Source: the human T2T-CHM13v2.0 reference genome, Homo sapiens. From it: 64,000 nt of DNA. Of the stretch, positions 27,700-43,619 are shown piece after piece (the first letter of the stretch is position 1; every line of letters begins with the position of its first letter). Location: NCBI RefSeq assembly GCF_009914755.1, contig NC_060940.1. One strand, 5' to 3'. The translations under genes and the position numbers were made by a program. The notes under the pieces were generated by a model. That model did not search any database, was not told the DNA's origin, and saw only the letters and a list, made by a program, of their open reading frames with translations.

Positions 27700-28880
27700 T
27701 GTGACTCGTTCTTTTCCAAAATTCCTCTTTTCCCCTTATTTAATTTTTTTTTCAGAAAAACGTGTGATTTTATATGCTTTTCTCTGCATGTATTAAACAA
27801 ATTGCACAGCTGAATAGCTTTTCTTAAAACCTGGACATTCACCAAAAAGAAGTTTGCCAGCACAGACAATTAAGCTTTCTTCTTTGAACAATGGAGTGAC
27901 TGACTGGCACATTTGAAATGCAAGCGTGTTTTTTTATTCCACTGTTCATCCTTCAAGCTGATAAACAGCAACAATGGGAAACAGCTGGGACAGGAAAACA
28001 TTTGAGTTTGTATTTTCAAAGCAAGCAAGAAAGAAACCCGTCAGTGTGGGCCAGATCCCGTCTTCCGCCTGAGGGCGAGCCGGCATTTGGGGAGGGAAAA
28101 AATACTATACATATTTCTAATCAAACATTACATATTTATTAATGTGCAGCTGGTGCATTGTATTCCGAGGGTTGGTGGTGGGAGTGTCTCTCCCCCCACC
28201 CCCACGCCACCCGCCTTGTTCCTCTAATGTGTCTTGCCTGGCAGGCTGGTATTGTTCTGTAACTGACATTACTTTATAAGAATCAGAGCTGCGCACATTT
28301 AATAGGAGTTATGGAGACAATTGCTCTCTGAGCGGTTGGGGTCTCTGTGACGTAGGTGCCATCTGAGCCTCAGTTTCTGTTCTGGGAGTGGACAGAATGG
28401 GCAATGGAGGTATTTTTAGGCAGATGTACCTGAGATACTGTTGATGGGGAAGCCCCCAGCACCTTCACTGCCACCCCTACACCACAGCCTGGGTCCCGTC
28501 CATGAAGGCCATGGCTCCTGCCCACATGTCTGTGCTCTCTCTAAACGTGGGAACAAATTTATTTTGATGCTTATTGAGATTAAACTTGCTGCGCATTTCA
28601 TCGGGAACAGGGGTTGGATCTGTTCATTAGGTGGGGAGGCTCACCTTGTCAATTTCCATTGAGCACTGGCAAAAGCGACCACTTTATCATCATTTGTCAG
28701 CAGCCTCGACAGGTTTTACTCAGCTCTGATTCCTCCTGGGCCCTGCTGTCATAACTTCATTGGCTTTATGGTAGCAGCTGAGTTCCCTTAGGTAATTGTC
28801 TAATAGATCTATTTTGCCTTAATATTGGTAATTCACTAAATGTAAAAGAACGCAGAAGAGAGGCTGAAACATTAAACACC
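27700..28880. promoter_or_regulatory. Candidate conserved enhancer cluster
   Basis: Largely repeat-free; AT-rich blocks with TAAT/ATTA, TGACA/TGTCA, CAGCTG and scattered retained CpGs. Confidence 0.35.
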
Positions 28881-29343
28881 AGACATGCCACACACTCCTG
28901 CAACAACCCCAGCCCCACCCTAAACTACTGTCTCCATCCATCTTTGGAAATCCCATTATATTTAGTAGGAGGGGATTGGTCTTTTTCAGCTTTGAAAAAT
29001 TGGAGCTGAGACTTCAGCCTCCCTCTGGTCTTATGGGCCAAAGGAATTTAACATGGGATCGTGGAAAGGGCTCTGGGCCAGGGCTCAGGGGCATGTGGCT
29101 CCTGGGGCCCAGGGCTGGCAGCACCTTTTTCCTTTTTGGGCCTCAGTCTTCCTATCTGTTTATCAGCAGGATGCCAAGGTTCTCACCCTCAGGATCACAT
29201 GGGGGCCAAGCAGCAATGGAGATGGGCTAGTGAGCTGGATGGGGACGGTGGCAAGCTGGAGGGCACATGCCTCTCTGCCTGGAGGGGCAGCCACTACAGG
29301 TTGCCTTGGGCCAATGCAGGCCTGGTGGACCCAGAGGCTTAAG

Positions 29344-29729
<386 letters not shown>

Positions 29730-30182
29730 TAGGATTCTAAATTTATATGTCTACTGTTTTAATGTTTTAGTACTGGCACTGAATTTAAAAAAGCATTCTT
29801 AATAAAATAAAATGTCTGCTGGCAATGATGAGTTATGGTGATGACAATGGTGATTAATGATAGCTAACATTAGTGAGCGCTCATCATGTATCAGGGTCAG
29901 TTTTGGACTGGTTTCATCCTTACAACAATGCTAAAAGACATGTCCTGGTGTTGTCCCTGTTTCACAGGTGAGGAAATGGAAGCACAGTGAGTAACTTGCC
30001 CAAGATCACTGTCTTTGCTGCTCAGTTGATTGGGTAATTGACTTCCAGGAAATTAGAGATCTACTGACAAGGTACCCTGGGCCTGCGTGGAAAATATGAC
30101 ATCAAGATAGATTTCCTGGCAAAGGCCAACTTATTACAACATTCCACTTAGAAAAAAAATCTATGCACTTAAAAAAAACCAC

Positions 30183-30522
<340 letters not shown>

Positions 30523-30772
30523 CTACCACTGTCCTTCAGAACCATGGGTTTTCCTTAAGTAGCAGGGAATAACCATGTTGATTACTAAGTCGCAGGCCAG
30601 AAGGAAAGAACTTGACTTGGGATTTCCTGAATTTATTACAGCGTACTTTATTTCATAGGCTAAAACTGTGTCTTAGGTTCAATGAACTATGTGAAAACTC
30701 TGGCTGGTCCACTCCCCATAACTCAGCCCTTTGGCCTCCTGACTGGACATTTCCCTGAAATATATTAGGCCC

Positions 30773-30904
30773 AGCTGGGCATGGTGGCTCATGCCTGTAA
30801 TCCCAGCACTTTAGAAGGCCAAAGCCAGAGGATCACCTGAGTCCAGGAGTTTGAAAACAGTTTGTGCAACATAGTGATACCCTGTCTCTAAAAAGAAAAA
30901 AAAA
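30773..30904 (+). mobile_element. FLAM / Alu left monomer
   Basis: Monomer with A tail; TSD-like attaggccc/attaggtcc. Confidence 0.88.
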
Positions 30905-31074
30905 TTAGGTCCTTCATAAACATTTGTGGGATGAATGTTTTAATTACAAATTTTAATATAGGGTGTTTTTAACAGGATTTCTTTCTTTCTTTTTTTTCTT
31001 TGTTAAACAGTCACTGTGTTTATTTCCTGCCATTATCTCTGGATGTCATTTTTTGCACAGACTGTCACAGACCA

Positions 31075-31432
31075 ACATGATGTGTGCATACATTTACGTG
31101 TGGTTCGATATACACATATGCGCCTGCAATGCTTCTGTGTGAGTCAACATACATGTATGCACACACTTACATGTAGCTCAATACACATGTACATGTGCAA
31201 TGCACACACCAACATGTGGTTTAATATACACGTGTGCATACACTCACATGTGGATCAACACACATGTGCACTCACATGCAACTTAACACACACAAGCACA
31301 CTTACCTGTGGTAGAACACACACATGTAAATCCTTGCATATGGCTTAACACACGTGGGCAATGTGCACATTTACACATAGTCCAGCCTATACATGTGCAC
31401 ATGCTTACATGTGATTTGATATGTATGGGTGT
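31075..31432. repeat. Decayed ~30-bp minisatellite (CA/TG-rich)
   Basis: About ten units resembling cacttacatgtggttcaacacacatgtgca. Confidence 0.6.
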
Positions 31433-32834
31433 ATATACTTCATTTGGTTCAGATATACCTGCAGGGTGGGGATTTTATTGTATCCCTGAGTGATTCCTGT
31501 CCCAGGCTTAGCAGTGATGAAATGAGTTTCTCTCACCCTAGCACCAGGGAGAAGGATAGGGAGGTATTTCTCTTCCTCACTTGAGCCAGGATCTGCGGCT
31601 GTCCCAGTGAATGTTTGACATTGGCCGATACTCAGCATTACCAGGAGGTGGTGGACGATGTTCACTGGTTGGCATCACCATTCCGGGGGAGAACCCTTCG
31701 ACTGTGCACCGTTCTATGCATAGAGTTCGTCATGGAAGTCCAGTTCCAACATTGCTGATGGGCCAATGAAGGGAGGTGGGGTTTTCTGGGCTGCGAGGTT
31801 TTCTGGGCTGCAATGTGGAGGTCAGCCACACAGTGAGCCAGCATCCCGTGTGTACAGCATGTGTACATGCATACAACGCAGTGGATGCTGACGAGGGTGT
31901 GCAGGCCAGTGTAGGATGGCTCTGGGATGGAAGGAGCATCTCTCATGCACCTGTGCAGGTGCAACGTGTCCTCTGCTGGCTTGACGTGGACGCTCCCCAG
32001 TACCAGAGAATGGCAGCAGCTTTGTGCCCCTGCAAGCCCTGATTCGAGAGGAGGCTGGAGGCGTGCTGTCTCCGGCTGAGGATGGAGGTATCTCCCTAGG
32101 GGAAGCAGGGAGTGGTCAGCACCTTGGGGAATGGGAGCTATTAACCTTTCAACCTGGCTTGCATTTCTTTCCAGGATGTCCTGTCTTCTTGTAAAGGAAG
32201 TGGCAGATCTTCAGGCAGGGGGCAGCAGATTCTGTTAGACTAAGACTGTGGCAGTAGGCAGGGTGGGAGCAGGAGGTCCTGTCCCTCAAACCCACTACAG
32301 ATGCAAGGGTAGAAAGATCAAAGGGGGTGCAGTTGAGGAGAGGGGAATGGTCACCCCAGAAGATAACTGAGTAAAATAATAATAATTGTTGATAATGTCA
32401 TCCCAGCCCTTACTATATACCCATTTCTGTGATAGGTGCTTTTCATAGATAATTTCTAAGCCTGCCAATGACTCTTTGAGTTGATATCTTTAATATCTGG
32501 GCACATTTCTCCATTAATGTAACCAAGAAATTAAATCAATCTATGCGAAGGTCCATGGCATGTATGTGCGGACTCTGTTTTGGAAGCCAGGGCTATATGA
32601 CTCCACAGCCCTTTTCTGTCCCCAGAAGACCACCACCTCCAGTCCCCCGCGTCATTTCAGGACCTGCCACTCTGGTGTCCTGGTTCTTAAGGCTGGTGGA
32701 AAAGTAAGCTGGGTTCAGGGACCAGCCTGTCTTGCTCAGGACCTCCAAGGAGGCCAGAGCTGTTTCTCCCGTTTGGAGAGGGAGATCCTAGCCTTTCTCA
32801 ATACTTTTTGATTTCTGGGAAAGGAGAAGTTGGA

Positions 32835-33500
32835 AGGCCGCCTCGCCTCCTGTCTCGGTGGCGTTCAAGGTTATCCAGACAGCGGTCTGCGGGTTTCATT
32901 TGCAAGTCACTGCGCGGCGCATGCAGAAGCAGCCGCGGGCCGGCGGGGCGCGCAGATAAGGTCTGGGGGCGTGGGTTTCGGGCTGTACCTGCATTATCGC
33001 GGCTTCCTTAAGCTCGGATGAATATGTAAATCTCTCGCTGCAGCCTTCCGGTGCCGCAGTCGCAGCCGTGGGGGCCGCCTCCGCTGTAGCAATTCCGAGG
33101 GTAAAATTGATTAATATTTGTTTTCAAAATGACACGCGGTGATGTATGGGCCCTTTTACAACTTAAATTAATACTTTAAAGAGATGAATGGTCTCTACCG
33201 AGGGTGTTAAAGTTCAAGCCCAGGGAATTTGCATATTTATATTACAGCCAACTGATAGTAATTGTGGGAACGGCCTGTAATGCTGTTCGTTTGTCATTTT
33301 CAGCGGGGTGTGCTTCTGCCGGGGACCTCATTAACTCAGAAGGCCTCAGCCCCTCAGCCCTGCAGGACACGGGCTGGCGGCCCGGCGCCCAGGGCTTGTG
33401 GTCAGGGCACCGTCCTGCCTTGTGGGCTTCTGGAGGCTGAGTGCCTTCAGGCCTGGCCACCTGGCTTGGGAGGTGAAGACAGGTGCCCCGAGCCTGCCGA
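32835..33500. promoter_or_regulatory. Orphan CpG island fused to an AT-rich enhancer-like block
   Basis: Dense CpGs at 32835-33100; GCGCATGC 32917, AGATAAG 32954, GGGGCGTGG, TGATTAAT 33108, ATTTGCAT 33227. Confidence 0.6.
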
Positions 33501-34059
33501 CCTCACCTCCTGCTCGGCTGTAAATCCCTTCCTAATGTAGCCAGAATCCCTTCTTACTATGTGTGATGCCAACCACCATCTGAGCCACCTTCGAGTCACT
33601 TATGGCCATACTTCCCTCTTAGCTAAAGTTCTCCCAGAAGTACATCTTCAGACAAGTTTCCCCCAAGTGCTTTCTCCCGGAGGTGGTCCCAGGAAGCAGT
33701 GGTAGAGGAGAGAAGGACCGCACACGGGGTACGTCACCAAGCAGGTGACAGCTGTGGGCAACTGGGGTGCAGTCCTGCTAGGGATCCTGGGGCGGCACTG
33801 TGGGGCACACTTTGGGATTGTCCCACCTGGAGGTGGGGAAGCTGCGGTCTTCTCTTCAACTCCATTTGTCATTGGCTGAGGGCTGTTCCCTGGGGGTGTT
33901 AATTCCCAGCACCTCCTGCTGCCTGAGAACCTGCTGCAAAAGCCCGGGGGTGGAGAGTCCCGGATGCTGCTACCGGGCCGATGGCCTGTGCGGGATGACG
34001 GGTGGTGGGGAAGGCCAGCATCTCCTAGCGGGCCTCTCGGTGTCCGCCATCCCCACTTG

Positions 34060-34684
34060 TCCTCCACTCAATAGCCAGGCTGATCCTTTAGAAACAGGAG
34101 TCAGGCCAGGTCACTCTTCCGCTCAAAACTCTTCCCTGGCTTCCTCTTTCTCTTTGGAGTAAAAACCAAATTCCTTGCCATGGCCGGCGAGGCCCCTGTG
34201 GTCTGGCTCGGCCTTCCTCACCGACCTCGCCTCCCCCTCCATCCCTCTCTCTTCCTCCCCTGCGTCCACAGCAGCCTCCTTGCAGTTCCCCTAACACTCC
34301 AGCCAAGCTGCTGCCTCAGAGCCTTTGCTTCCACTCTCCTCTTTCTCCGGAACCTGCCTCTGCCTCCCAGTCACTGGACATGACTCAGTCTCTCACTTCT
34401 ACTCAACAGTCACCTTCTCAGTGATACTTCCCCTAACCTCTGCGGTTATGATTTCACCCCCTACCCTGCACCCCACAGTGCGTGCATCTCCTCTGCCCTG
34501 CTCACTGTCCAACAGATGACATATTGATTTATCTTGTTTATTGTTTGTCTCTCCCTCTGGAATTTGAGCTCTGTGAGGGCAGGGACTTGTATTTTCACTG
34601 CTATGTCCCCAGCACTGAGCACAGTCCCTGGAGTGTCATAGACACGCAGTAAATCTGTGTTGAATGAATAAATGAATGAATGAA
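34060..34684 (+). mobile_element. L2a 3' end
   Basis: ggtcactcttccgctcaaaactcttcc...ctctgtgagggcaggga...tgttgaatgaataaatgaatgaa. Confidence 0.85.
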
Positions 34685-34768
34685 GGTGGGCCCAGTAGTG
34701 ACTGTGTGGTGGCTTCCACTGCCTGGGTGTGATGGCCAGGGTCAGGCCAGGTGAGGAGACCCAGCAGA

Positions 34769-36057
34769 CAGGACCAGCTTCATGTGAGTGTGACCCATGC
34801 AGGCCCCATGCTTAGTTTAATGTCCTTAATTAAATGTAACTGTCTTGAACTTTTTTAGAGACTGTATTTTTAGAGCAGTTTTAGGTTTCAACAAAACAGA
34901 GCAGAAGGTACAGAGATTTCCCGTATACACCCCACCCTACACATGCACTGCCTCCCCCATTAGCATCCCCATCAGAGGGGTCCATTTGTGTCAGTGAACC
35001 TACATTGGTTCATCATTATCACCGGACTCCATAGTTTACATGAGGTTCACTCTGGGTGTTATACATTCTATGAGTTTGGACAAATATATAATGACATGCA
35101 TTCATCATTATAACATACAGAAGAGTTTCACTGCCCTAAAAATACTGTGCTCTGCATATTCATCCCTCCCTACCCCAACTCCTGACAATCACTGACCTCT
35201 TTACTCTCTCCACAGTTTTGCCGTTTCCAGTATGTCGTAGAGTTGAAATCATACCATATGGAGCCTGTTCAGATGGGCTTCTTTCAGTTAGTCACATGCG
35301 TTTAAAGTTTCTCCATGTTGTTTTATGGCTTGGTAAGTCATTTCTTTTTAGTGCTGAGTAATATTCTGTTGTCTGGATGTACCATGGTTTATTTATCCAT
35401 TCGCTACTGACAGACACCCGGATTGCTTCCAAGTTTTGGCAATTATGAATGAAGCTGGTATAAACATCTGTGTGCAGGTTTTGGGACAGACATAAGTTTT
35501 CAGCTTTTTTTGGTAAATACCAAGGAGTACAATTGATTGTTGTATGGTAATGGTATGCTTAGTTTTCTAAGAAACTGCCAGACTGTCTCCCACAGTGCCT
35601 GGACACTTTATATTCCCAATAGCAATGAAGGAGAGTCCCTATTGACTCCATCCTCACCAGTATTTGGTGCTATCACTGTTCTGGATTTTGGCCATTCCAA
35701 CAGGCACATAGTGGTATCTCATAGTTTTAATTTGCATTTCCCTGATGACATAAGATGCGGAGCATCTTTTCATAGGCTAGTTGCCATCTGTGTATCTTCT
35801 TTGACGAGGTGTCTTTCAGAGTCTTTGGCTAATTTTTTAATTGAATTGTTCATTTCTTATTTTTGAGTTTTAAGAGTCCTTTGCATATTTGGGATACTAG
35901 TCTTTTATCAGACGTGTCTTTTTCAAACATTTTCTCCAAGTCAGTGGCTTGCCTTCTTATTCTCTTGATAGTTGTCTTGAAATTTTTAACAATTTTAGAA
36001 TAAAGGACTTTGCATTTTCATTTTGCACTGGGCCTCACAAATTATTAGCCAGTCTGG
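34769..36057 (+). mobile_element. MER91A DNA transposon split by L1
   Basis: caggaccagcttcatg... and gcattttcattttgcactgggcctcacaaattattagccagtc halves. Confidence 0.7.
34851..35971 (-). mobile_element. L1MC/MD-type 3' end
   Basis: ttttagagcagttttaggtt...gtacagagatttccc; TSD tgtcttgaa on both sides. Confidence 0.9.
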
Positions 36058-36334
36058 CATGCAAGGTTACTAGAGGTTAGTTCATTCTGTGGCTGTGCTA
36101 AGCATTGGGTCTGGGAAGAAACTTTGCAAGGAATTTCTAGCTAGTGCTGCCACTAGTGATAGTAGTCTCCCTCTTAGAGGTGTTTGGGGGGACAGAAGAG
36201 CCCATTGCCAACAATCTCAGAATGTGTGCCATCTGCTACCTGCCATGTGGTGAAAGTGAAGTTGCTTTATTTCTCATGTGCATGCACCTCCCAAAAGCCT
36301 AGGTGGGCAGACTCATGGACACACACATTTTTTT

Positions 36335-36826
36335 TTGGTTTATTTTGCAAAATTTAATTGCAAAATTAGCTGCAGTTTTCTACCCTGCTCTCCCTCCAGG
36401 GCAGTGTGACTTTGCAACTTTTCCCATCAAGAAGTGGAATCTGTTTATTTTTCCACCACTTGAACTGAGTTGTTTTGGCCAACAGAATACATTAGAAGTG
36501 ATATGTGCCCGTTCCCAGCTCTCTCCTTTGTGAACTTTGTCTTCATCTTGAGAACAAGCCTGGGCTAGCTTGCTAGAGGATCAGAGACCCTGTGGAGCAG
36601 AGAAGAGTCAGCAAAGGCGTCCTAGCCAGAGTGAGATCAGTAAAGCCATCAGCACTACTGCAGCTGACCACAGATGCCTCATGGAGTCCTATTGTGCCTG
36701 GCTTAGATTAAAGAACTGCCCGTTTGACCTGTAGTCTTGTGTACAATAATAAATAGTTGTTAGATAAGCCACCGAATTGGGGCCAGTTTGCTATAAATCA
36801 TTATTGTGGCAATAGATAATTGATGT
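36335..36826 (+). mobile_element. Old MLT1 (G/H-type) LTR
   Basis: gtgtgactttgca...cccatcaagaagtggaatct...ttgtggcaatagataattgat. Confidence 0.75.
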
Positions 36827-37549
36827 GCGGCTCCTACTTCGCTAACCACTTGTTTGCACATGAGCACATGGCCACATATTTGCACATCTATACTGAACCA
36901 GCTCAGACCCCCAGTGGATTTTGTGGGTACAGAAGGGGGCCAGAGGAGCAGAGGGAGACTGGGTCTCACCCTCATGCTTGGTGGTAGAAGAAATCAAGTC
37001 TAAGGGGAAGAAACATGGAGTACGTGTAGGTCTGTGTGCTGTTGGCCTCTGCCTTGCTTGCCTTGGGGTCCTCTGGATGTGGGGAGAAGGAGAGGTTGCT
37101 TCTTGCTTGAGGGGCTGGGAATTAGTTCACCTTGAGGAGCGTGTGGTGTCACTGGGCACAGGGGGCTATGCATTGTTGAGGCAGGGGCTCCAATCTCTCC
37201 CTTGAAGATTCAAGGAGGGGAAAGATAGCCCCAGGTTTGAAAAAACTGGTGGGAAGTGGGAAGGAAAAGACATGGCCCTGCACCCAGAGCAGTTCCATGA
37301 GCAGTTTCATGGGAGCAGGAGTCTGTGACAAGTGACAAGGTCTGAGCTGGTGGTCACATCACTGAGAACTGTCTAGGGCCAACCTGTACAGGATGAGCCA
37401 GTTTTCAAAGGGGAGGCTGGAAGATGAGGGCTACCCAGCCCAAGTCACCAACTGGGTGGTGGGCACAACACTCACACACACTCATATACACACACTCACA
37501 AACACACACATACACACACAAAGCATAAGCAGGACAGAAGGCAGATAGC

Positions 37550-38390
37550 ACTTTTAGTTTAAAAATATATTTTTTTGGGGAAAAATTTCAAGTCTATCTG
37601 AAGTTGCAAGGATAGTACAATGAATGCCCAGCTACAATTACCTAGATTCAACAATTGTTAGCATTTTGTCACATTTCTTTCTGTCTCTTTCTACATGTGT
37701 ATATTATTGTTATGATGATTGCTGATGCCTTTGAGAGAAAGTACAAATATCATGGCCCTTCACACCTACACACTTCAGAGGATATCTGAGAACAGCACTT
37801 TCTCTTAGGTATCACAGTATAATGATCAAACTTAGGAAAGTTAACACTGACTTTATTGTTATCTAATGTAGTGTTCATATTCAAATTTTGCCAATTATTT
37901 CAGTAAAGACCTCTAAGGCATTTTCCTCCCAAATATAGACATATATTTGAGACAGGGTCTCACTCTCTTGCCCAGGCTGGAGTGCAGTGGTGTGATCATA
38001 GCTCACTGCAGCCTTGAACTTTTGGGCTCAAGTGATCCTCCTGCCTTAGCTTACTGAGTAGCTGGCAGGTACCACCACACCCCATTAATTACCTTTTTTT
38101 TTTTTTTTTGTAGAGACAGGGTCTTGCTATCTTGAGCAGGCTGGATCCACCCCCAGCCCAGATATAACATGCAGCTGAGAGCCAAGAGTGGCATTCACAC
38201 CCCTTTCACCTGGAACAGTGCCTGAGCCCCCACCCATGTCCTGCTCTCCCCTTTGTCATTCACAACTTTGGAATTGCTAGTGGTTCAGGGAAGTTGCTTT
38301 GTTGGATGTTCCTCCACCTGGATCTGTCTGATAGTTTCCTTGTGATTATATTCAGGGAATGCACTTTTGGCAGAATGCTGGACGCATCTT
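37550..38390 (-). mobile_element. L1ME-type fragment containing truncated AluJ (37946-38144, -)
   Basis: gaagttgcaaggatagtacaatgaa; antisense Alu body inside. Confidence 0.7.
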
Positions 38391-38539
38391 TTGTGAGAAC
38401 ATCCTTTAAGATGGCGGAGTGTGTGTCCTGGCCATGGTGAGGCTTTCTGACCTCTGGCTCCAATTTACCTCTCCAGATTACCTTCCTGCCCTGAGGCCAA
38501 GAGGTCTTCTTCTCCTGAGTCCATCTGATAGAGTGACAT

Positions 38540-38760
38540 GGGTCTGGAGCTTAAGTCCTGGGCTCAAATTCCAGCTGTAACACTTGCTCTGTGGTCTTGG
38601 GTACATTACATAATGTTGAGTACATTGGACCTCCATTTGCTTAACTGCATGATGGGGATAATAGTCCCTGCCTCCTATGATTGTTATCTGAATGAAATAA
38701 ACTAATTTATGTAACATATTTGGGTGGTACCTGAAGTAGCAAATATATATGATAGCTATT
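38540..38760 (+). mobile_element. MIR
   Basis: gggtctggagc...gggctcaaattccagct...atggggataatagt. Confidence 0.75.
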
Positions 38761-38769
38761 AATGCAGTT

Positions 38770-39165
38770 TATTAAATATTTCTGGCTTCCTGACTTGCAC
38801 AAATGTGGTAGAATTGCACTTTTTACTCTCCTTGAAGCTAGGGGAATGGTACTAGCCCTGGCCAATGAATTATTTGCAGAAATTATGGAAGTCATTTCCT
38901 AGACCAGATTATTTAACTGCAGGTATAAGATACCCCCTGATTTCTCTTTCTTTGTGGCACAGTGACCATCAGCTTTTGAGATGGTGGCTGCTTCACTTGC
39001 CCTGGTCTTTGAGTAACTATAATGGGCAGCGTTTCCTCCCACCCTTCCTCCAGTGCCAACCTGCAATGAACAAGTAGCATGAGCAAGAAACAAAACTTGG
39101 CTGTTTTAAGCCACGAAAATTGTGGGCTTGTTACTGCAGCATAACCTGGTTTATTCTGCCTCATA
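38770..39165 (+). mobile_element. Old MLT1 LTR
   Basis: tggccaatgaa...gcatgagcaagaaacaaaac...tgttactgcagcataacct. Confidence 0.75.
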
Positions 39166-39367
39166 CAGCACTACAAGAATGTTGGACATTGTTACCATCA
39201 CTGTCGTTCTTAACATTATCCTTCCTATTTTCTGTGACCATCTTGCTCAAAGCCTTTCTACCATGTTGTGATGATCTGTTCAGGTTCTACCTCCTCTTCC
39301 CATCCCTTACTGTGAGTTCTTTAAGCACAGGATCCATGTCTCTCTCTCTCTCTGTCTCTCTCTCTCC

Positions 39368-39679
39368 TTTTAAATTAGAGACAGGTTCTTTCTTTGTCAC
39401 CCAGGCTGGAGTGCAGTGGTGTGATTGCTCATTGAAACCTCGAACTCCTGGGCTTAAGTGATCCTTCCACCTCAGCCTCCTGAGTAGCTGGTTCTATAGG
39501 AGGTGTGCACCACCACGCCTGGCTGGTTTTTTTTTTTTTTTTTTTGGTTGTCGTTGTTGTTTTTGAGACAGGATCTCACTATGCTTCCCAGGCTGGTCTT
39601 GAACTCCTGGACTCAAGCAATCCTTCTGCCTTGGCCTTCCATAGTGTTGGGATACAGGCATGAGCCACTGTGCTCAGCC
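39368..39679 (-). mobile_element. AluJ
   Basis: ctcgaactcctgggcttaagtgatcc diagnostic. Confidence 0.92.
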
Positions 39680-40012
39680 TCTTTTTGTCTCTGGAATCCT
39701 AAAACCCCATCATAGGGCCAGTCACAGACTTGATGGTCCATGCTCAGTAAGTGATTGTTTAAATGTCACTGGAGAAATCTGAGTTATAACTTCTTAAATG
39801 GCTTGGCTTTGATTTCAGCATTTTTAATTGTGCAAACAATATCATAGCAACAGCCATAAAAATAAAAGGCAAAAAAAAGTCATTTGCAATTCCCCTAAAA
39901 TTAAGGCCTTGTCCCATGCTTTTGTGTCTGTCTTCCCGAATGTATGTTTTGCAGTTGCATTTTCAGCCAGACGGCATTTTGTATCCTGTCTTTTTCTCCA
40001 CTTCAAATACTA

Positions 40013-40162
<150 letters not shown>

Positions 40163-41557
40163 CTATCAAATACGTAAGACCTTTATTTTAGAGGCTGCGT
40201 ATATTCCATGGGGTAGATGCACCCCTGATGGCTTAGAGGGGCTCTGACTTTTTGGACATTTGAATGTTTTCCAATTCTTTGCTGCTTCAGCCAACACTGC
40301 TGTGAATATCTGTTCATCAGGTGTTTTCACTGACCCCATACCTCTTCAGGAAGGATGGATCTCAAGACACTCTCAGAACTCCCACTTTGAATACAACATT
40401 CTAGTGTATCATGTCTCCTTCCCCCATCTCCCATGCTCAAGGAGAAAAATATTAGGGGGTCGTCTAAGTGCTGCTTCCATCACTAAAAGATTTAATCTTG
40501 TTATTAAAATAAGCTCTGTCACTTTTAAACTTTGCCTAAAGTTTTCCTTTTTATTTGATGAGTTATCTGCTCATATTTGGAGCCTTTTCTGAAACAGTCT
40601 CATGATTTGCTTTTCCCTGTTTCCATTTCAAGCGATGTGGACATAACATTGCTCAAGCCCAGGTTAACATCGGTTGTAGCTTTTAATTTATCCCATTGTT
40701 TACTTTCTTAAACTGCTTCTCTTTGTATTCCTTCTTGTATTCTCTTTGTTCCTACCAACAGCATTAGCAGTTGGCATTCTTTCTTGGGACTTTTTGTCAT
40801 GGAGAAACAAGCTTTCAACTTTTCACGGGAATGGTCCTGTATAGGTAAATGAGTATTGAACAACCAAGACAGGTGGAGTCCTGGAGTTGGTGGGAGGTCC
40901 ACTCTGCTCCCTCCAAACTGGGTGGCACAGGAGGCCTCTTTGTACCTCACTCAAATGGCAAATCAGCCACTTCATTGATCGCTCCAGTAGGAGGTGGTGT
41001 GTGGTGCCTCCCTGAAAGTTCAGAGCAGAGCATGTGTCTGGGAGGAAAGGTCAAAGCTCCTGTCCATGGCCCCTGTGCAACTGTGAGTGCCGTAAGCTTA
41101 GGGCCCACATCTGTCCTGCTGTGTGTTGCCAGGACCCAGCTCAGGGCCTGGCTTAGAGCAGATGCCCAGTGATTGATTGTTGAGTGAATCAGCGACTGAT
41201 AGGAGAAGACTTCCAGGAAGAGCAGGCATCTGCACTGGGTCTTGTCAGATGGAGTCTATGGAAGGGAGTGGGGAGGGAGGATGAAGACAGAAAGGGATTT
41301 CAGTAGGGCCTTGTTCAGCACATAGCACAGATTGTGTGTGTGTGTGTGCATGCGTGCACATGCGTGTGCATGGCTTGGCTTCAGTTCCACTTGGGGTTGG
41401 GTAGAGAAGTCATTCATTAATTCATTCAACAAATGTATTTAGCCCAACAAATGTTGGGAAAACCAACATTATCTCCTTTCAGTTCTCACCATGTGTCATG
41501 TACTGTGCCAGGGCACAGTTATTACAGGGCCTTCCTTGACAGTGAGAAGGGTCAGGC

Positions 41558-43258
<1,701 letters not shown>

Positions 43259-43619
43259 CCCTCTGCCTATAATCTTCCTAGAATTCCCCCCAGAGTTCAG
43301 ATCAACCATCTAGGCTCCCATGTGCTACAATAGCCTGGGCCAAATTACCAGCTGCCCCCACTGGGAAGAGCACCAAAGCATCTTTGCAAACATCTACCCA
43401 AGTGTCTGGGGAGGCAGGACTGACTGGCATTGGCTGACTATTGGGTCTTTTTACATGTATTCTCTCATTTGACCCTCTCAGCAACTTGTGAATGTAGTCA
43501 TGTATGCCCATGGTACTGGTGGGGAAGCTGTACATGATAGATCCATGGACTGCTCCGAGAACCAAGGCTTTTGATGATATCTCACTATACAACAAATCTG
43601 TAGTCAGTTTTATTTCAGT

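Noticed and set aside
31075-31432. CRISPR-like repeat-spacer array
   Set aside because: Eukaryotic context; units are degenerate and contiguous, with no constant repeat and unique spacers
31490-32042. Unique GC-balanced stretch that looked like a processed pseudogene or exon
   Set aside because: No frame gives a recognisable protein; no poly-A/TSD or clear splice pair; only a 15-bp local duplication (31780-31811)
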